41,352 nucleotides of DNA. It comes from a virus. Location: the UHGV virus genome UHGV-0213024. The stretch is one strand, 5' to 3'. The notes under the pieces are model-generated. The model was given only the letters and a program-made list of their open reading frames with translations. It was not told where the DNA came from and searched no databases. Of the stretch, positions 15,653 to 24,933 are shown piece after piece. Within the stretch, counting starts at the first letter, position 1. Each line of letters opens with the position of its first letter. A program made the position numbers and the translations under genes.

Positions 15653-16249
15653 ATGATAGAATACGAAATAATACCATTGGGAGAAATACTCAAGAAAGAG
15701 TATGAGCAACAAAAAATTGAAAATGCATTCAAAAAGTTCTCTTGCTGTCGCGAAACTGACCTGGAGGACTTTTTGATGCACAGGGCCATACCATATGAAA
15801 AAACCAACTACGGTAAAACACACTTATTTATTGATAGTCGTGCCTTAAGTAATGGTCAATTTGATATTCTTGCCTACTTTACGATTGCGCAAAATTCTTT
15901 GAACATATCTTGTCTGTCCACAAAGAAAAAAAGGAAAGTTTTAGGTGAATATCCCGGAAGAGATCGTCTAAATACTGTGCCAACTTATTTAATAGGGCAA
16001 TTAGGAAGATGTGACCAATGTCCAAAAGAAGATTTAAATGGACTACAAATACTAAACGAATGTTATCATGCAATAAGTTTAGCAGCAAGAGTTGTAGGTG
16101 GCAATTTAATAGTATTAGAATGTAGAGAGCACATGTTTGACAAATTTTATAAAAATCAAGGTTATAAGAAACTATATGATGAGTTAAATGATGAAGGGTT
16201 GTTTACATTATATAAGAAAATAAACTTTAATGAATATTGGAATAATTAA
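15653..16249 (+). CDS. GNAT acetyltransferase (TA-toxin-like)
   Basis: FSC....DLEDFL...A, AYFT, P.YLIGQLGR, VGG.LIVLEC, FY...GY. Confidence 0.82.
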   Translation: MIEYEIIPLGEILKKEYEQQKIENAFKKFSCCRETDLEDFLMHRAIPYEKTNYGKTHLFIDSRALSNGQFDILAYFTIAQNSLNISCLSTKKKRKVLGEYPGRDRLNTVPTYLIGQLGRCDQCPKEDLNGLQILNECYHAISLAARVVGGNLIVLECREHMFDKFYKNQGYKKLYDELNDEGLFTLYKKINFNEYWNN

Positions 16250-16255
16250 AATCTA

Positions 16256-16296
16256 AAAACAATTCCCTGGCCAGTGAGGCCGGGGTGTTTTGTTTT
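16256..16296. terminator. Terminator between the convergent GNAT and rha genes
   Basis: CCCTGGCC-AGTGA-GGCCGGGG hairpin with flanking A/T runs. Confidence 0.6.
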
Positions 16297-16948
16297 ATGC
16301 TGCCAACATCAATAAGTCTTGATGCAGTATAAAATCCTTGATCTGATCATAGCTCCATCCAAAATCTATCAAACCACTGACAACCATCTCAACTGACTGT
16401 ACCGCTTTCAATTCTTCTTCGTTAAAGTAATCCCGAAGGTTATCCTTTTTCGCTATCCCATACTCTTCCCGGAGGTGTTTCGCGTCCTTCCCAAATACTG
16501 CCTTGTAAATCACGTTTGTGTATGTGGAGTATGCATGTCCGTGCATCCGTTCATTTTCCTGGGACAGTTGCAGGGCATTTGTCAGGGCCTGGCGGACGGC
16601 AATTCCTTTTTCCCGCTCCTTCATCTTTCCGATCAGGGCCTTTTCCATGGCATTAAACTGTTTGATGTAGGCCAGTTTAAATCTCATTGCTTTTTCGCCT
16701 GTATATCCCATAACCAGCAGTGTAAAACCATCTCTTGTCATATAGTACAACGGATTATTTTTTCCGTTTGAAGCTTTATAAACTGACTCGAAGAATAGGG
16801 CTGAAATTTCAGCGGTACTAATATCATTTTGAATATTTCTGATATCAGCCAAAACATTCTTATGTTCTTTTCCAAAAGTCTCAGCCACATCCAGGCTGGT
16901 TACTACTGTCACTTCTTCTTTATTAATTCTTTTGATCTCTACTAACAT
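16295..16948 (-). CDS. Rha-family phage regulatory protein
   Basis: VTSLDVAETFGKEHKNVLADIR...MTRDGFTLLVMGYTGEKA..FK..YI..FN.ME. Confidence 0.92.
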   Translation of the reverse strand: MLVEIKRINKEEVTVVTSLDVAETFGKEHKNVLADIRNIQNDISTAEISALFFESVYKASNGKNNPLYYMTRDGFTLLVMGYTGEKAMRFKLAYIKQFNAMEKALIGKMKEREKGIAVRQALTNALQLSQENERMHGHAYSTYTNVIYKAVFGKDAKHLREEYGIAKKDNLRDYFNEEELKAVQSVEMVVSGLIDFGWSYDQIKDFILHQDLLMLAA

Positions 16949-17021
16949 AAAATCATCCTCCTGATTGTTTTATTTTGTAGTACAAAAAGAGCACCCTTCC
17001 GGATGCTCTCAATTTTTAATA

Positions 17022-17963
17022 TTACAGTAGGCTGTTAATCGTCTTTGGCCCGCACAGTCCGTCAACAACAAGCCCAGCCCGCGCCTGCTGATCTTTCACG
17101 GCGGCTTCGGTCGCAGGGCCGAATTTCCCGTCGTCGTCCAGGCCGGCGGCCATGATCTCGTTGATCCTCTTCTGGACCCAATCGACCGTAACCCCGTCGC
17201 TTCCGCGCTTAAGCACCACTTTCCCGATTGCCTCCCGGGTCCGTGGCCCCATCTTCCCGTCTACCACCAGAGGTTTCCCGGCAGCGTCCCGGTATCCATC
17301 CAGGTTCAAGGCGTTCTGCAGCGCTTCCACTTCTGCCCTTCCAGATGACGGGATGGGCGCCGGATCAGAATCAGTATCGAACAGTTCTGGCTTGTAGCAG
17401 ATATTCATGTCGACCCTACCCGCGATCCCGTCCACCAACCCATTACTGGTATGCTGCCAGATCACGGCTGCCTCCGGGCGAAGGCTGGGAACTGCGGTCC
17501 CGTCATTCTTTCCATACCTGGCGATCCAGTACATATACGGCAGGTTAGCCACGTCCAGGACGTTGTTGTACCAATCCTGATTGCAATAGATCCCGACCTC
17601 GTACCCGGCCGCCCGAATCACTTCGACCGCAGCATTGATGATCTCGGTCAGGCGGGATTTCGGGAGATTCCGCTGTGCTGCCAACTCCATATCTAGCCAC
17701 ACGCGCTTGACCTGCCGACCTCGGATCAGATCCACTACCTTCCCGGCGCGGGCCCTCGCCGACTCTGGTGTCAGATCGTACATGTACACATACACGTCCG
17801 GGCGGTATCCTGCGGAAACGGAACCGGCGTAATACTCTTCGAAGCGTGCATCCGTTTTTCCACTTTGCAGGATACTACGCAGGATAACAAAATCGATATT
17901 GTCTTTTTTAACCGCGTTCCAGTCAATTCGACCCTGGTAGGAGCTTACATCTATTCCTCTCAT
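17022..17963 (-). CDS. Endolysin: GH25 muramidase plus peptidoglycan-binding domains
   Basis: GIDVSSYQG.IDW, WLDME, WQHTS.G...GI.G.VDMN; two DG.(M/F)GP.T PG-binding repeats. Confidence 0.93.
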   Translation of the reverse strand: MRGIDVSSYQGRIDWNAVKKDNIDFVILRSILQSGKTDARFEEYYAGSVSAGYRPDVYVYMYDLTPESARARAGKVVDLIRGRQVKRVWLDMELAAQRNLPKSRLTEIINAAVEVIRAAGYEVGIYCNQDWYNNVLDVANLPYMYWIARYGKNDGTAVPSLRPEAAVIWQHTSNGLVDGIAGRVDMNICYKPELFDTDSDPAPIPSSGRAEVEALQNALNLDGYRDAAGKPLVVDGKMGPRTREAIGKVVLKRGSDGVTVDWVQKRINEIMAAGLDDDGKFGPATEAAVKDQQARAGLVVDGLCGPKTINSLL

Positions 17964-18238
17964 TTCGTTCCCTCCCTCTCTATCAAGCGTCTAAAAGCCT
18001 GATGCAAACCTGTGCTCGCAAGCCCCGTCAGCGCCCCGTAAACGATATTTTCCAGCGTGATAGATGTATTTGCCACACACGCCAAGATCGCGCCCAGAAT
18101 CGCCAGGATCGCGGGGATATAGTCATTGCTGACCTTTGCCAGCCGGGGGATATGCTTAATACAGTACCCAACAATCAGACATGCAACCAAAACTATCGGT
18201 ATAAATAATTCGCTAATAAAATCTAAATTCATGTTCAT
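17960..18238 (-). CDS. Holin
   Basis: Hydrophobic, NDYIP.IL.ILG, GLASTGLHQAF; upstream of the lysin. Confidence 0.88.
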   Translation of the reverse strand: MNMNLDFISELFIPIVLVACLIVGYCIKHIPRLAKVSNDYIPAILAILGAILACVANTSITLENIVYGALTGLASTGLHQAFRRLIEREGTK

Positions 18239-18570
18239 CTCTCCTTTTCTTTCAGGCTGGTTGGCAGCTCTTTCAGCTCTTCCACCAGTTTTGTGATCGT
18301 TCCGTTGCCCCCCAGGGCATGGTACTGTTTATACATTTCTTCTACATTTTCCAAGGCATAGATCGGGCAATATCCCTTGTCCTCATGATAGTGGTTGTAG
18401 GCCTGGAGGATCCGGTCTCGGAGTAATGCCCGCAGACCGGCGCGGATGGCAATGGTTTTTGCATATACGTATCCCAGGGCCGGTACCATTGCCGCAAACA
18501 GCCAGCCCACCCAATTCTCTGCAATATATTTCGCTATCTGGTCAATATCAATCAAGTCCTTTCTCTGCAA
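18235..18570 (-). CDS. Lysis-cassette membrane protein (start uncertain)
   Basis: TM segment plus ALLRDRI...Y..YHALGGNG family motif. Confidence 0.75.
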   Translation of the reverse strand: MQRKDLIDIDQIAKYIAENWVGWLFAAMVPALGYVYAKTIAIRAGLRALLRDRILQAYNHYHEDKGYCPIYALENVEEMYKQYHALGGNGTITKLVEELKELPTSLKEKER

Positions 18571-18574
18571 TTTA

Positions 18575-18598
18575 AAACCGGCCCCCGCAGGGACCGGC
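18575..18598 (-). terminator. Terminator after the tail-fibre cassette
   Basis: Minus strand GCCGGTCCC-TGC-GGGGGCCGGT followed by a short T-run. Confidence 0.55.
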
Positions 18599-18659
18599 TG
18601 AAACGGTATCTCAATTTTTGTCTATCACCTTCATGGCAGCATCACCACGCCTTCTTTAT

Positions 18660-18980
18660 TTAAATAATAATTTATATATCAATCTCACAGGCGGAGCCGG
18701 GGTCAAAACAGTTGACAGTTTCAACAGTAAGCCCATATACACAAAGGTACTCGGATATGCTCGTGGATCTATCACAGATACCACGGATGCAACTATCCCG
18801 CATGGCGTATCAGGATATAGTCAGATCTGGATCGATCAGCAAAACAGTTTTATGCATAAAAGTACATTGTCCGCGCCATTGGACGGGGCGTATATCAATG
18901 GGAATAATTTGATTATCTCTTTTGCCGGGAACCGCAATGGGTATAACTGTTATGTTACTTTGCGGTATACACTTGCATAA
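18660..18980 (+). other. Silent alternative tail-fibre C-terminal module (106 aa, LNNNLYINLTGG...VTLRYTLA)
   Basis: Open frame begins at a 15-bp site identical, in inverted orientation, to the site in the expressed fibre gene; no RBS; convergent stop 7 nt from the fibre stop. Confidence 0.75.
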
Positions 18981-19560
18981 TTGATCATCACGCGGTTGTA
19001 TGCCACATTGCCGATATCATGACGTTGAGACCGGATATGAGGTTGGGACCGATGATAGTCACATTACCATCGGAGACGCTGAAGTAAGCCCTTGTGACGG
19101 TCGGCAATGCGCCCAGGCCGGTGACCATGATATCCAAATCTTTTGTGGGCCGGTAAGCGGCGGGGATATTCAGCGCCTGGCGGTTGGCCGTGCTTGTGGT
19201 TGTCTCCATAGATGCAAATACGCACAGTGATACTGTGCTGCCGCTTTTGGTTAAGGTAGAACGCGAGATGGTCAATGGTGAGTCCCCGCGATTGATAGTA
19301 CCGGTATATGTTGATACAGATCCGGTATCAACCCAGTCTTGCCATGTTCCGCCGGTATAAAGTCTGCGATATATATTAGATTTATTCATGACCGGCCAGG
19401 CGATGAGCAGCGACTCCGTAGGTGATAAGGTGATATGCTCCACATAAAACCATGCTGAGTAAGGCATACCAGCTACATTTCCGCCGCAATAGTACCGTCC
19501 CGGCGCCAGGTCTGTTACACTACCAGAGTTTACAGCCCTACCAACTAAATTATTATTTAA
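18660..19560. mobile_element. Invertible tail-fibre segment (two-state shufflon)
   Basis: Perfect inverted 15-mers TTAAATAATAATTTA at 18660-18674 and 19546-19560, both read in frame as LNNNL. Confidence 0.8.
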
Positions 19561-19734
19561 CGTCGTAATATCATCCGTATTGCTGTCCGCTTTTGCTTTC
19601 ACCTCATTGATCGCGGCAACCAAATTTGTCTTTGCCGTGGTTGTCAGGCTGGAAATAGTACCTACTGCTGTTTTAATCGGTTTTACTCCGTTCGTCCAGA
19701 ATCGATTTAGCAAATTGGCTGTTATAACCTTCAT
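18988..19734 (-). CDS. Tail fibre / receptor-binding protein
   Basis: LTTTAKTNLVAAINEV stalk; knob-like GRYYC..G.P...RLYTGGTWQDW; head-like IPAAYRP domain. Confidence 0.8.
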   Translation of the reverse strand: MKVITANLLNRFWTNGVKPIKTAVGTISSLTTTAKTNLVAAINEVKAKADSNTDDITTLNNNLVGRAVNSGSVTDLAPGRYYCGGNVAGMPYSAWFYVEHITLSPTESLLIAWPVMNKSNIYRRLYTGGTWQDWVDTGSVSTYTGTINRGDSPLTISRSTLTKSGSTVSLCVFASMETTTSTANRQALNIPAAYRPTKDLDIMVTGLGALPTVTRAYFSVSDGNVTIIGPNLISGLNVMISAMWHTTA

Positions 19735-19748
19735 TTATCATCACTCCC

Positions 19749-20180
19749 TTATACAAATAATCCATTGATAATATTATCAATGTCCGCCGTAGTCGCTTCT
19801 GTAATATCAGCCTTAAGCGCATAGCTACTTAGATCGATATTTACAGCCTTACTTGTTACAGGTAGAGCCGTATTATTTACTTTTACAACCTCAATAACAT
19901 TTGCCTGTCCGCCTGCAGGTACCGCCCACGTACCATCACCACGTAAAAAGCTGGCCTGCTTTCCTGCCGCCGGTGCCGGCACAAGTCCGTGGGATCCAGC
20001 TGCTGATGCGGTTGCCCCTTTCATATCCGTAATGCCTGCCAGCTTCGTCTTTTCGGCCGCCGTATAATCGTTACTGGACAATCCCTTTCCCGACTCTTTT
20101 GCTACAAACTTTTCAGTAATTTTTGTTACCAACCCAGCCGCAAATGCGGTCAGGTTTTCAAGTGTTACATATTTAGCCAT
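19749..20180 (-). CDS. Minor tail/fibre-associated protein
   Basis: GKGLSSNDYTAAEKTKLAGI, GLVPAP.AG...FLRGDGTW repeats typical of fibres. Confidence 0.75.
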   Translation of the reverse strand: MAKYVTLENLTAFAAGLVTKITEKFVAKESGKGLSSNDYTAAEKTKLAGITDMKGATASAAGSHGLVPAPAAGKQASFLRGDGTWAVPAGGQANVIEVVKVNNTALPVTSKAVNIDLSSYALKADITEATTADIDNIINGLFV

Positions 20181-20193
20181 CTACTCTTCCTCC

Positions 20194-21156
20194 TTAAAAT
20201 AGACTATTTATAAGTTGCTCTATTTCCTGATCGGTAATGGACACATCATCAAATATACCGCCATCATCTCCGGTATCTACGTAATCTCCGGATATCATAT
20301 TGTCAATATCCTCATTGGTTGCCGTGTTAAAGACTGCCGTTGTATCGTCAGTATCGATATAGGCGCTGGCTATGATATTGTCAATATCCTCAATGCCCGC
20401 CACCGCATACAGGCGGACGATCATATCATTCAGTTCCGCCAGCTGCTTCCCGTCGATCCCGCCGGTATCAATAATTTCCTGAATGCTTTCGAACCAGAGC
20501 ACAAGATCATCTGCTGTCTGGTTAACTTCCCTGATCGCGGTGTCGGTATCAACTTCCCTTTGGATCTCGGCTGTCACACGCTGACTTTCTGCCGCCTGCC
20601 TGTCGTTTTCGGCTTTCACGCGTGCTATTTCGGCATTCCTCCTGGCTGTTTCCGCTACCTTTCTTGCTTCTTCTGCAGTATTCCTGATGGCTTCCGCGGC
20701 CTCTCTTCCAGCCTCGGTCTGCTCGATCTTTGGTATATTTTCCTGCGCCCATAGAATAAATTCATTTAATATCGAAAATTCATTTGTACTCTCGATATCG
20801 CTGTCTGGAACCACGCACTCCTGGATCTGCATTTTAAAGCTTATGGTCGACAGGATATCCTGATCTTTTCTAAGTTCAATCTCCACAACGGCAATTCCGG
20901 CTATTGCTAATGCCTGGCTCGTTAATGGGATCAAAACTTCTTCGTCCTGTAGTTCACAAAAGCTAAATACAGATGTACCATCCGGTTTTCGTATTTTAAC
21001 CCGCAATTCCGCGTCCTGTGGTATGTCAAATAGCGAACCTTCTTCAGTAATTCTTGCAGCTATATATCTGCTTCCAGAATCATTCTGTTTCGCTGTGACC
21101 ATAATGGACGGCACTTCTCTGTATAAATCAATTACCACATGCTTAATTATCTGCAT
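20194..21156 (-). CDS. BppU-like baseplate upper protein
   Basis: AKQNDSGSR.I...RKPDG N-domain, IESTNEFS.L, then coiled coil; start inferred. Confidence 0.82.
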   Translation of the reverse strand: MQIIKHVVIDLYREVPSIMVTAKQNDSGSRYIAARITEEGSLFDIPQDAELRVKIRKPDGTSVFSFCELQDEEVLIPLTSQALAIAGIAVVEIELRKDQDILSTISFKMQIQECVVPDSDIESTNEFSILNEFILWAQENIPKIEQTEAGREAAEAIRNTAEEARKVAETARRNAEIARVKAENDRQAAESQRVTAEIQREVDTDTAIREVNQTADDLVLWFESIQEIIDTGGIDGKQLAELNDMIVRLYAVAGIEDIDNIIASAYIDTDDTTAVFNTATNEDIDNMISGDYVDTGDDGGIFDDVSITDQEIEQLINSLF

Positions 21157-21358
21157 CCGCACCACCCTTTTCCAGGGCCTCATGATATGCCCGCCTTGCC
21201 GCTTCTGCCTGTTGCGCAGTAAGCGCCTGTACCTCCATGTATAGATCCCTGATCAGCGGTTCTAGGATCATCCACGGAAGCCTAGCCTCATTGATTGCAG
21301 TTTTGATCTTCTCCCGCAACTCATCCATGATAATCACGGTTGGTTTTTCCGGTTTCAT
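21143..21358 (-). CDS. Small tail-region protein
   Basis: Overlapping ORF, IN...LP..ILEP. Confidence 0.65.
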   Translation of the reverse strand: MKPEKPTVIIMDELREKIKTAINEARLPWMILEPLIRDLYMEVQALTAQQAEAARRAYHEALEKGGADADN

Positions 21359-23552
21359 TAAGCATCATCCTTTCCACTTTTTCATTCAGTTCTTTGACCG
21401 CGCCCCAGAGGACACCGACCGCAGTATACATGTTAATAGCATCCCCCTTTCTGGATAAGACTTTTGGTGTAAGCCGGTACCCATCACCGATTACAAAACC
21501 TTGTAGCTCGTATCCGGGTGAGTCGCGGAACTCAAACTTATAGATATCTGTATCCATTACTTCATCCAAAAGGTTGATTGCTGGCCTGATATTCTGCTTG
21601 ATCGAGGCCAGCGATTTCGTGTCAACACCGTCAGGGCTTAACCGGCTCCCGGATCCCCCATTGCTGATCTCAATCGCTTCTGACGTCAGTAACGATCTGG
21701 TTCCGCCCGGAGGCCCTACCCCATCCGGAGAAAGCGCTTGCGCCCCTCGATCGTTCGATACCGACACGAATTTAGGCGTCATCAACGCTTTTTCTGATCC
21801 ATTTTCCATTCCCACCCCGGCAGTACCTATCTTTGCGATCCATCCGGAACCATCCACCTTTTTGATATGCATGCCCTGACCGAACATTTGGGTTACATAT
21901 TGTTGATTATGATTCAATACTTGGCAAGTAACGTTTTCCTCTTCCCCACCGTTAATTGTTGCCTGGGAGGAAAACAATCTTCCATCGTGTGACACACGAA
22001 ACGTTGCCGTCTCTCCGGTTATATCAGTTCCGCCAGCCCAGAATGCCATTCCGTGACCATTCGAGTTCATGCCGGCTCCTTCGTTTCGCAACCGGTACTG
22101 CTCTATTGTCCACCCCGCTATGTTGCCGTGTATGGCGGTCAATCCTGTGCTATCCAGGCGGACATATTCGGTGCTACCATCCCCGGATTTAACTCGGATC
22201 ACTCCATCCGCGTCATTTTGAGATCCCGCTATGATCTCATTTCCCTGGATCTTGATTCCAGACAATGTTCCAACAGTGATATAATCGGCTACAATCGCGC
22301 CGTTCATCGTAATCGCCAGATCATAAGGGCCATCCATTCCGTCTTTGCTGTATCCCAATCCCGCCAGATTCCAGCGCCAGCATTTCCCAGCCTTGGCCTT
22401 ATCCGGCTTATCCATGATCAAGATCTGCTCCGGTCTTTTCGGCGGATCCAAAACTACATACCCTCCACGCTGACCGGTGATCAGCTGTGTAGCAACATCA
22501 ATCGCCACCTCCAGCGTTGTCTTGGTCTGCTCCGCCTGATCCGTTATCTCATTCCGTATCTGGTTTATGGTCCCTTGCACCCTGGGCGGCGTAGTGGATA
22601 GTGTAACCACGTCAAGTGAGTGATTATCCGGATACTCCCTGTACTCGATCACCTGGTGATTTACCCGGATATTCCGCTTTCGGTCGATCAGTGTGACCAT
22701 TTTATACAGCCATACGTCCTCGTCAAGATTGATCACATCGCATTCGTATGATCTGACCGGGAAGGCTAGCTTTTTCAATTTTTCGGTTGCTGCCGCCAGC
22801 AAGCTTTCTGGTTTTGTATAGCGTTCATCCTTCCACCCGATCGATATTACCCGATCCGAGTAGCTGTGATCCTCTACATATTCCTTCCCTCCGTTTACGG
22901 ACGCGATCGATAACGGGATATCCGTCTCTTCGTCCGGTTTCCCGTAGGCGTACAGGCGGGTGGCGAAATCCGTGCTATTCCCGGTATACCCTAGGCTCCG
23001 CAGGTTCAGTTCGTCGGTGATATATTCACCGCCTGGCGTATAGCTCCCCGGGTCAACCACGTACATAATCCGCTTAACCGAATCGTATGTAGCCGTCAAC
23101 CCGTATAGCTCCAGGATCCGCAGCATTAGATCTTCCGAGTTTGCATTCTCGATCGGCCTTCCTTCGCTGGCCTCAATCGTTTTTTTAGCCGGGTACTTCC
23201 CGGCGTCAGCGATAGACCAGTTTACCGGTTTGATAATATTTAGCGCATCACTGATCGTTATCTCTGTCCGCCGGAAATCTGTCCAGAACCTTTCCCGCCA
23301 GTCGTCCAAATCGATCTGGCAGTCAACCGTTACAATCCGGGATCTCTCATCAATATTCTTTACGATATACCGATTTTGCCCATCAAAAATCCGGACCTCT
23401 TCGGCTATGTACTTATATGCCTCGTGAGAGTCCGGAATTTCAAATGACAATATATCATATCCGTTATATTTATGGGTGACGCTCCATTTATCCGGCTCAA
23501 GTTCGAGCGGATATAGGATTTTCGGTGCATTATAATCCTGTATTTTTAGCAT
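21321..23552 (-). CDS. Tail spike/Tal-like minor tail protein with C-terminal S74-like chaperone
   Basis: TRLYAYGK, W.DERYT, WRWNLAGLGYS..G..GPY..AIT.NG.IVAD.I; C-terminal S...IKQNI...LWGAVKEL. Confidence 0.85.
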   Translation of the reverse strand: MLKIQDYNAPKILYPLELEPDKWSVTHKYNGYDILSFEIPDSHEAYKYIAEEVRIFDGQNRYIVKNIDERSRIVTVDCQIDLDDWRERFWTDFRRTEITISDALNIIKPVNWSIADAGKYPAKKTIEASEGRPIENANSEDLMLRILELYGLTATYDSVKRIMYVVDPGSYTPGGEYITDELNLRSLGYTGNSTDFATRLYAYGKPDEETDIPLSIASVNGGKEYVEDHSYSDRVISIGWKDERYTKPESLLAAATEKLKKLAFPVRSYECDVINLDEDVWLYKMVTLIDRKRNIRVNHQVIEYREYPDNHSLDVVTLSTTPPRVQGTINQIRNEITDQAEQTKTTLEVAIDVATQLITGQRGGYVVLDPPKRPEQILIMDKPDKAKAGKCWRWNLAGLGYSKDGMDGPYDLAITMNGAIVADYITVGTLSGIKIQGNEIIAGSQNDADGVIRVKSGDGSTEYVRLDSTGLTAIHGNIAGWTIEQYRLRNEGAGMNSNGHGMAFWAGGTDITGETATFRVSHDGRLFSSQATINGGEEENVTCQVLNHNQQYVTQMFGQGMHIKKVDGSGWIAKIGTAGVGMENGSEKALMTPKFVSVSNDRGAQALSPDGVGPPGGTRSLLTSEAIEISNGGSGSRLSPDGVDTKSLASIKQNIRPAINLLDEVMDTDIYKFEFRDSPGYELQGFVIGDGYRLTPKVLSRKGDAINMYTAVGVLWGAVKELNEKVERMMLNETGKTNRDYHG

Positions 23553-23562
23553 TCCTTCACCT

Positions 23563-24291
23563 TCATTCAAACAGCGGGTAGAACTCAACCGTCACCGGCA
23601 TGTTATTGGACATGGTTATTTCGTTCTTTCCTGGCTGGATTTTGGGAAAATTGATCAAGTCCGTGTCAGCGAAACGGTTGTTCCCGTCCTCCATAACACG
23701 TCCCTCTATCCCATCGATCATGAAGTCTTTTCCTGCGTGTATGCCTATTACCTGGATACCGCAGATTTTTTGTGCAAGAAGATCCTCCGCGGGGTGAAGT
23801 ATATACCTTACACCAGATGGGACGTTCCCGTCATTGAAGATCACTCCTGGGCCAGTTATGTTGATCGATACCAGCGGAAGTCGTTGGATAGCAACAAATG
23901 TAAGCCGTACAATATAGTATGGCTCAACGCCAGACTCCTGTACCGTGCTTCCGGTCAAAATTGCTGGATACTCAAAGCGGTGGAGTTCCCGGCGGATAAT
24001 ACATTGCTTCGCTGCCAGCAGCAGATTGGAAATATTTTCATTTGCCTGTTCATCGGAGGCCCCGCCTACGATAAATTCTGCCGTAAGCATTTTGGGCTGT
24101 ACCGTACTGCCGTAGTCTATAAATCCGCAGCGGCCAGCCTGGAGGATGTATTGCGGAGTTATTGCTCCCGGAGTAAGTTGGAGAGATTTCAGGTCGGCGT
24201 TATAGTCAGTATAGGCGTCCAAATTATTAATTTGGCATTTTTCACCTACTCTTTTGTCATAAGCAAAATAACTTTTAGTATAGTCCCACAT
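23563..24291 (-). CDS. Distal tail protein (Dit)
   Basis: Position after the TMP; FPKIQPGKNEI C-terminus. Confidence 0.8.
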   Translation of the reverse strand: MWDYTKSYFAYDKRVGEKCQINNLDAYTDYNADLKSLQLTPGAITPQYILQAGRCGFIDYGSTVQPKMLTAEFIVGGASDEQANENISNLLLAAKQCIIRRELHRFEYPAILTGSTVQESGVEPYYIVRLTFVAIQRLPLVSINITGPGVIFNDGNVPSGVRYILHPAEDLLAQKICGIQVIGIHAGKDFMIDGIEGRVMEDGNNRFADTDLINFPKIQPGKNEITMSNNMPVTVEFYPLFE

Positions 24292-24320
24292 TAAAACGCC
24301 TCCGTTCTTATTATGCATAA

Positions 24321-24353
24321 TAAAACCCCGTACATATACTGCACGAGGTTTTT
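24321..24353 (-). terminator. Terminator after the lipoprotein moron
   Basis: AAAACCTCGTGC...GTACGGGGTTTT hairpin. Confidence 0.6.
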
Positions 24354-24365
24354 ATAAGTATTTAA

Positions 24366-24887
24366 TTAAAGTTTTTTCTTTAATTTATACAGAGGTGATT
24401 CAGGCATGGCCTCGTATTTACCGGACATAACAATAACTTGCTCTTCATCTCCTGTTAGACCCATTGTACTTATATAACAGGATGTTGAGTAATCATCATT
24501 CCCATCTATAAATCCCCAATATGGTCCGTCATTTTTCCCGCCGGATAAATTTTCAGAAATAGGATCTCCATATTTCTTTTTTAGAGACTCAATTATTCCC
24601 GCTTGTGCATCCTCTGTATAACTAATGTTGTATCTCACTTTGCATAACGAATCATTTACAAAATTATACGATACTGTTACCCCATCCACGCCAAGAGAAA
24701 TCTTATTACTTTGCACCCAAAAATCTTGATCATCACTCAACTCTCCCGCGATATCTTCTACCTGCTCCTTTGTCATTCCAAACTTGATCTCATCACTGTG
24801 TGGAACCAGTTCAACATCTGGTTTTCCGCATCCAACTAGAGATATTAGTAGAGCAGACAGTATAAAAAATGATAATAATCTTTTCAT
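24366..24887 (-). CDS. Lipoprotein moron
   Basis: MKRLL..hydrophobic..LVG-C lipobox; own promoter TTGACT-16-TATAAT (24937-24910) and AGGAGG RBS. Confidence 0.85.
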   Translation of the reverse strand: MKRLLSFFILSALLISLVGCGKPDVELVPHSDEIKFGMTKEQVEDIAGELSDDQDFWVQSNKISLGVDGVTVSYNFVNDSLCKVRYNISYTEDAQAGIIESLKKKYGDPISENLSGGKNDGPYWGFIDGNDDYSTSCYISTMGLTGDEEQVIVMSGKYEAMPESPLYKLKKKL

Positions 24888-24933
24888 TAATCCTCCTCCT
24901 TTTGTTACCATTATACTATTATAATTGTATAAG

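Noticed and set aside
18618..18659. N-terminus of the + strand 120-aa ORF as an independent gene
   Set aside because: No RBS or promoter; the meaningful frame begins at the crossover site, so it is treated as a silent cassette.
20195..20210. Near-match to the junction dyad at the BppU end (TAAATAGTCTATTTTA before an RBS)
   Set aside because: Spacing is off by one and it is isolated in the structural operon. It is kept as a warning that AT-rich chance matches occur.
18988..23552. Diversity-generating retroelement acting on tail genes
   Set aside because: No reverse transcriptase and no template/variable repeat pair seen.
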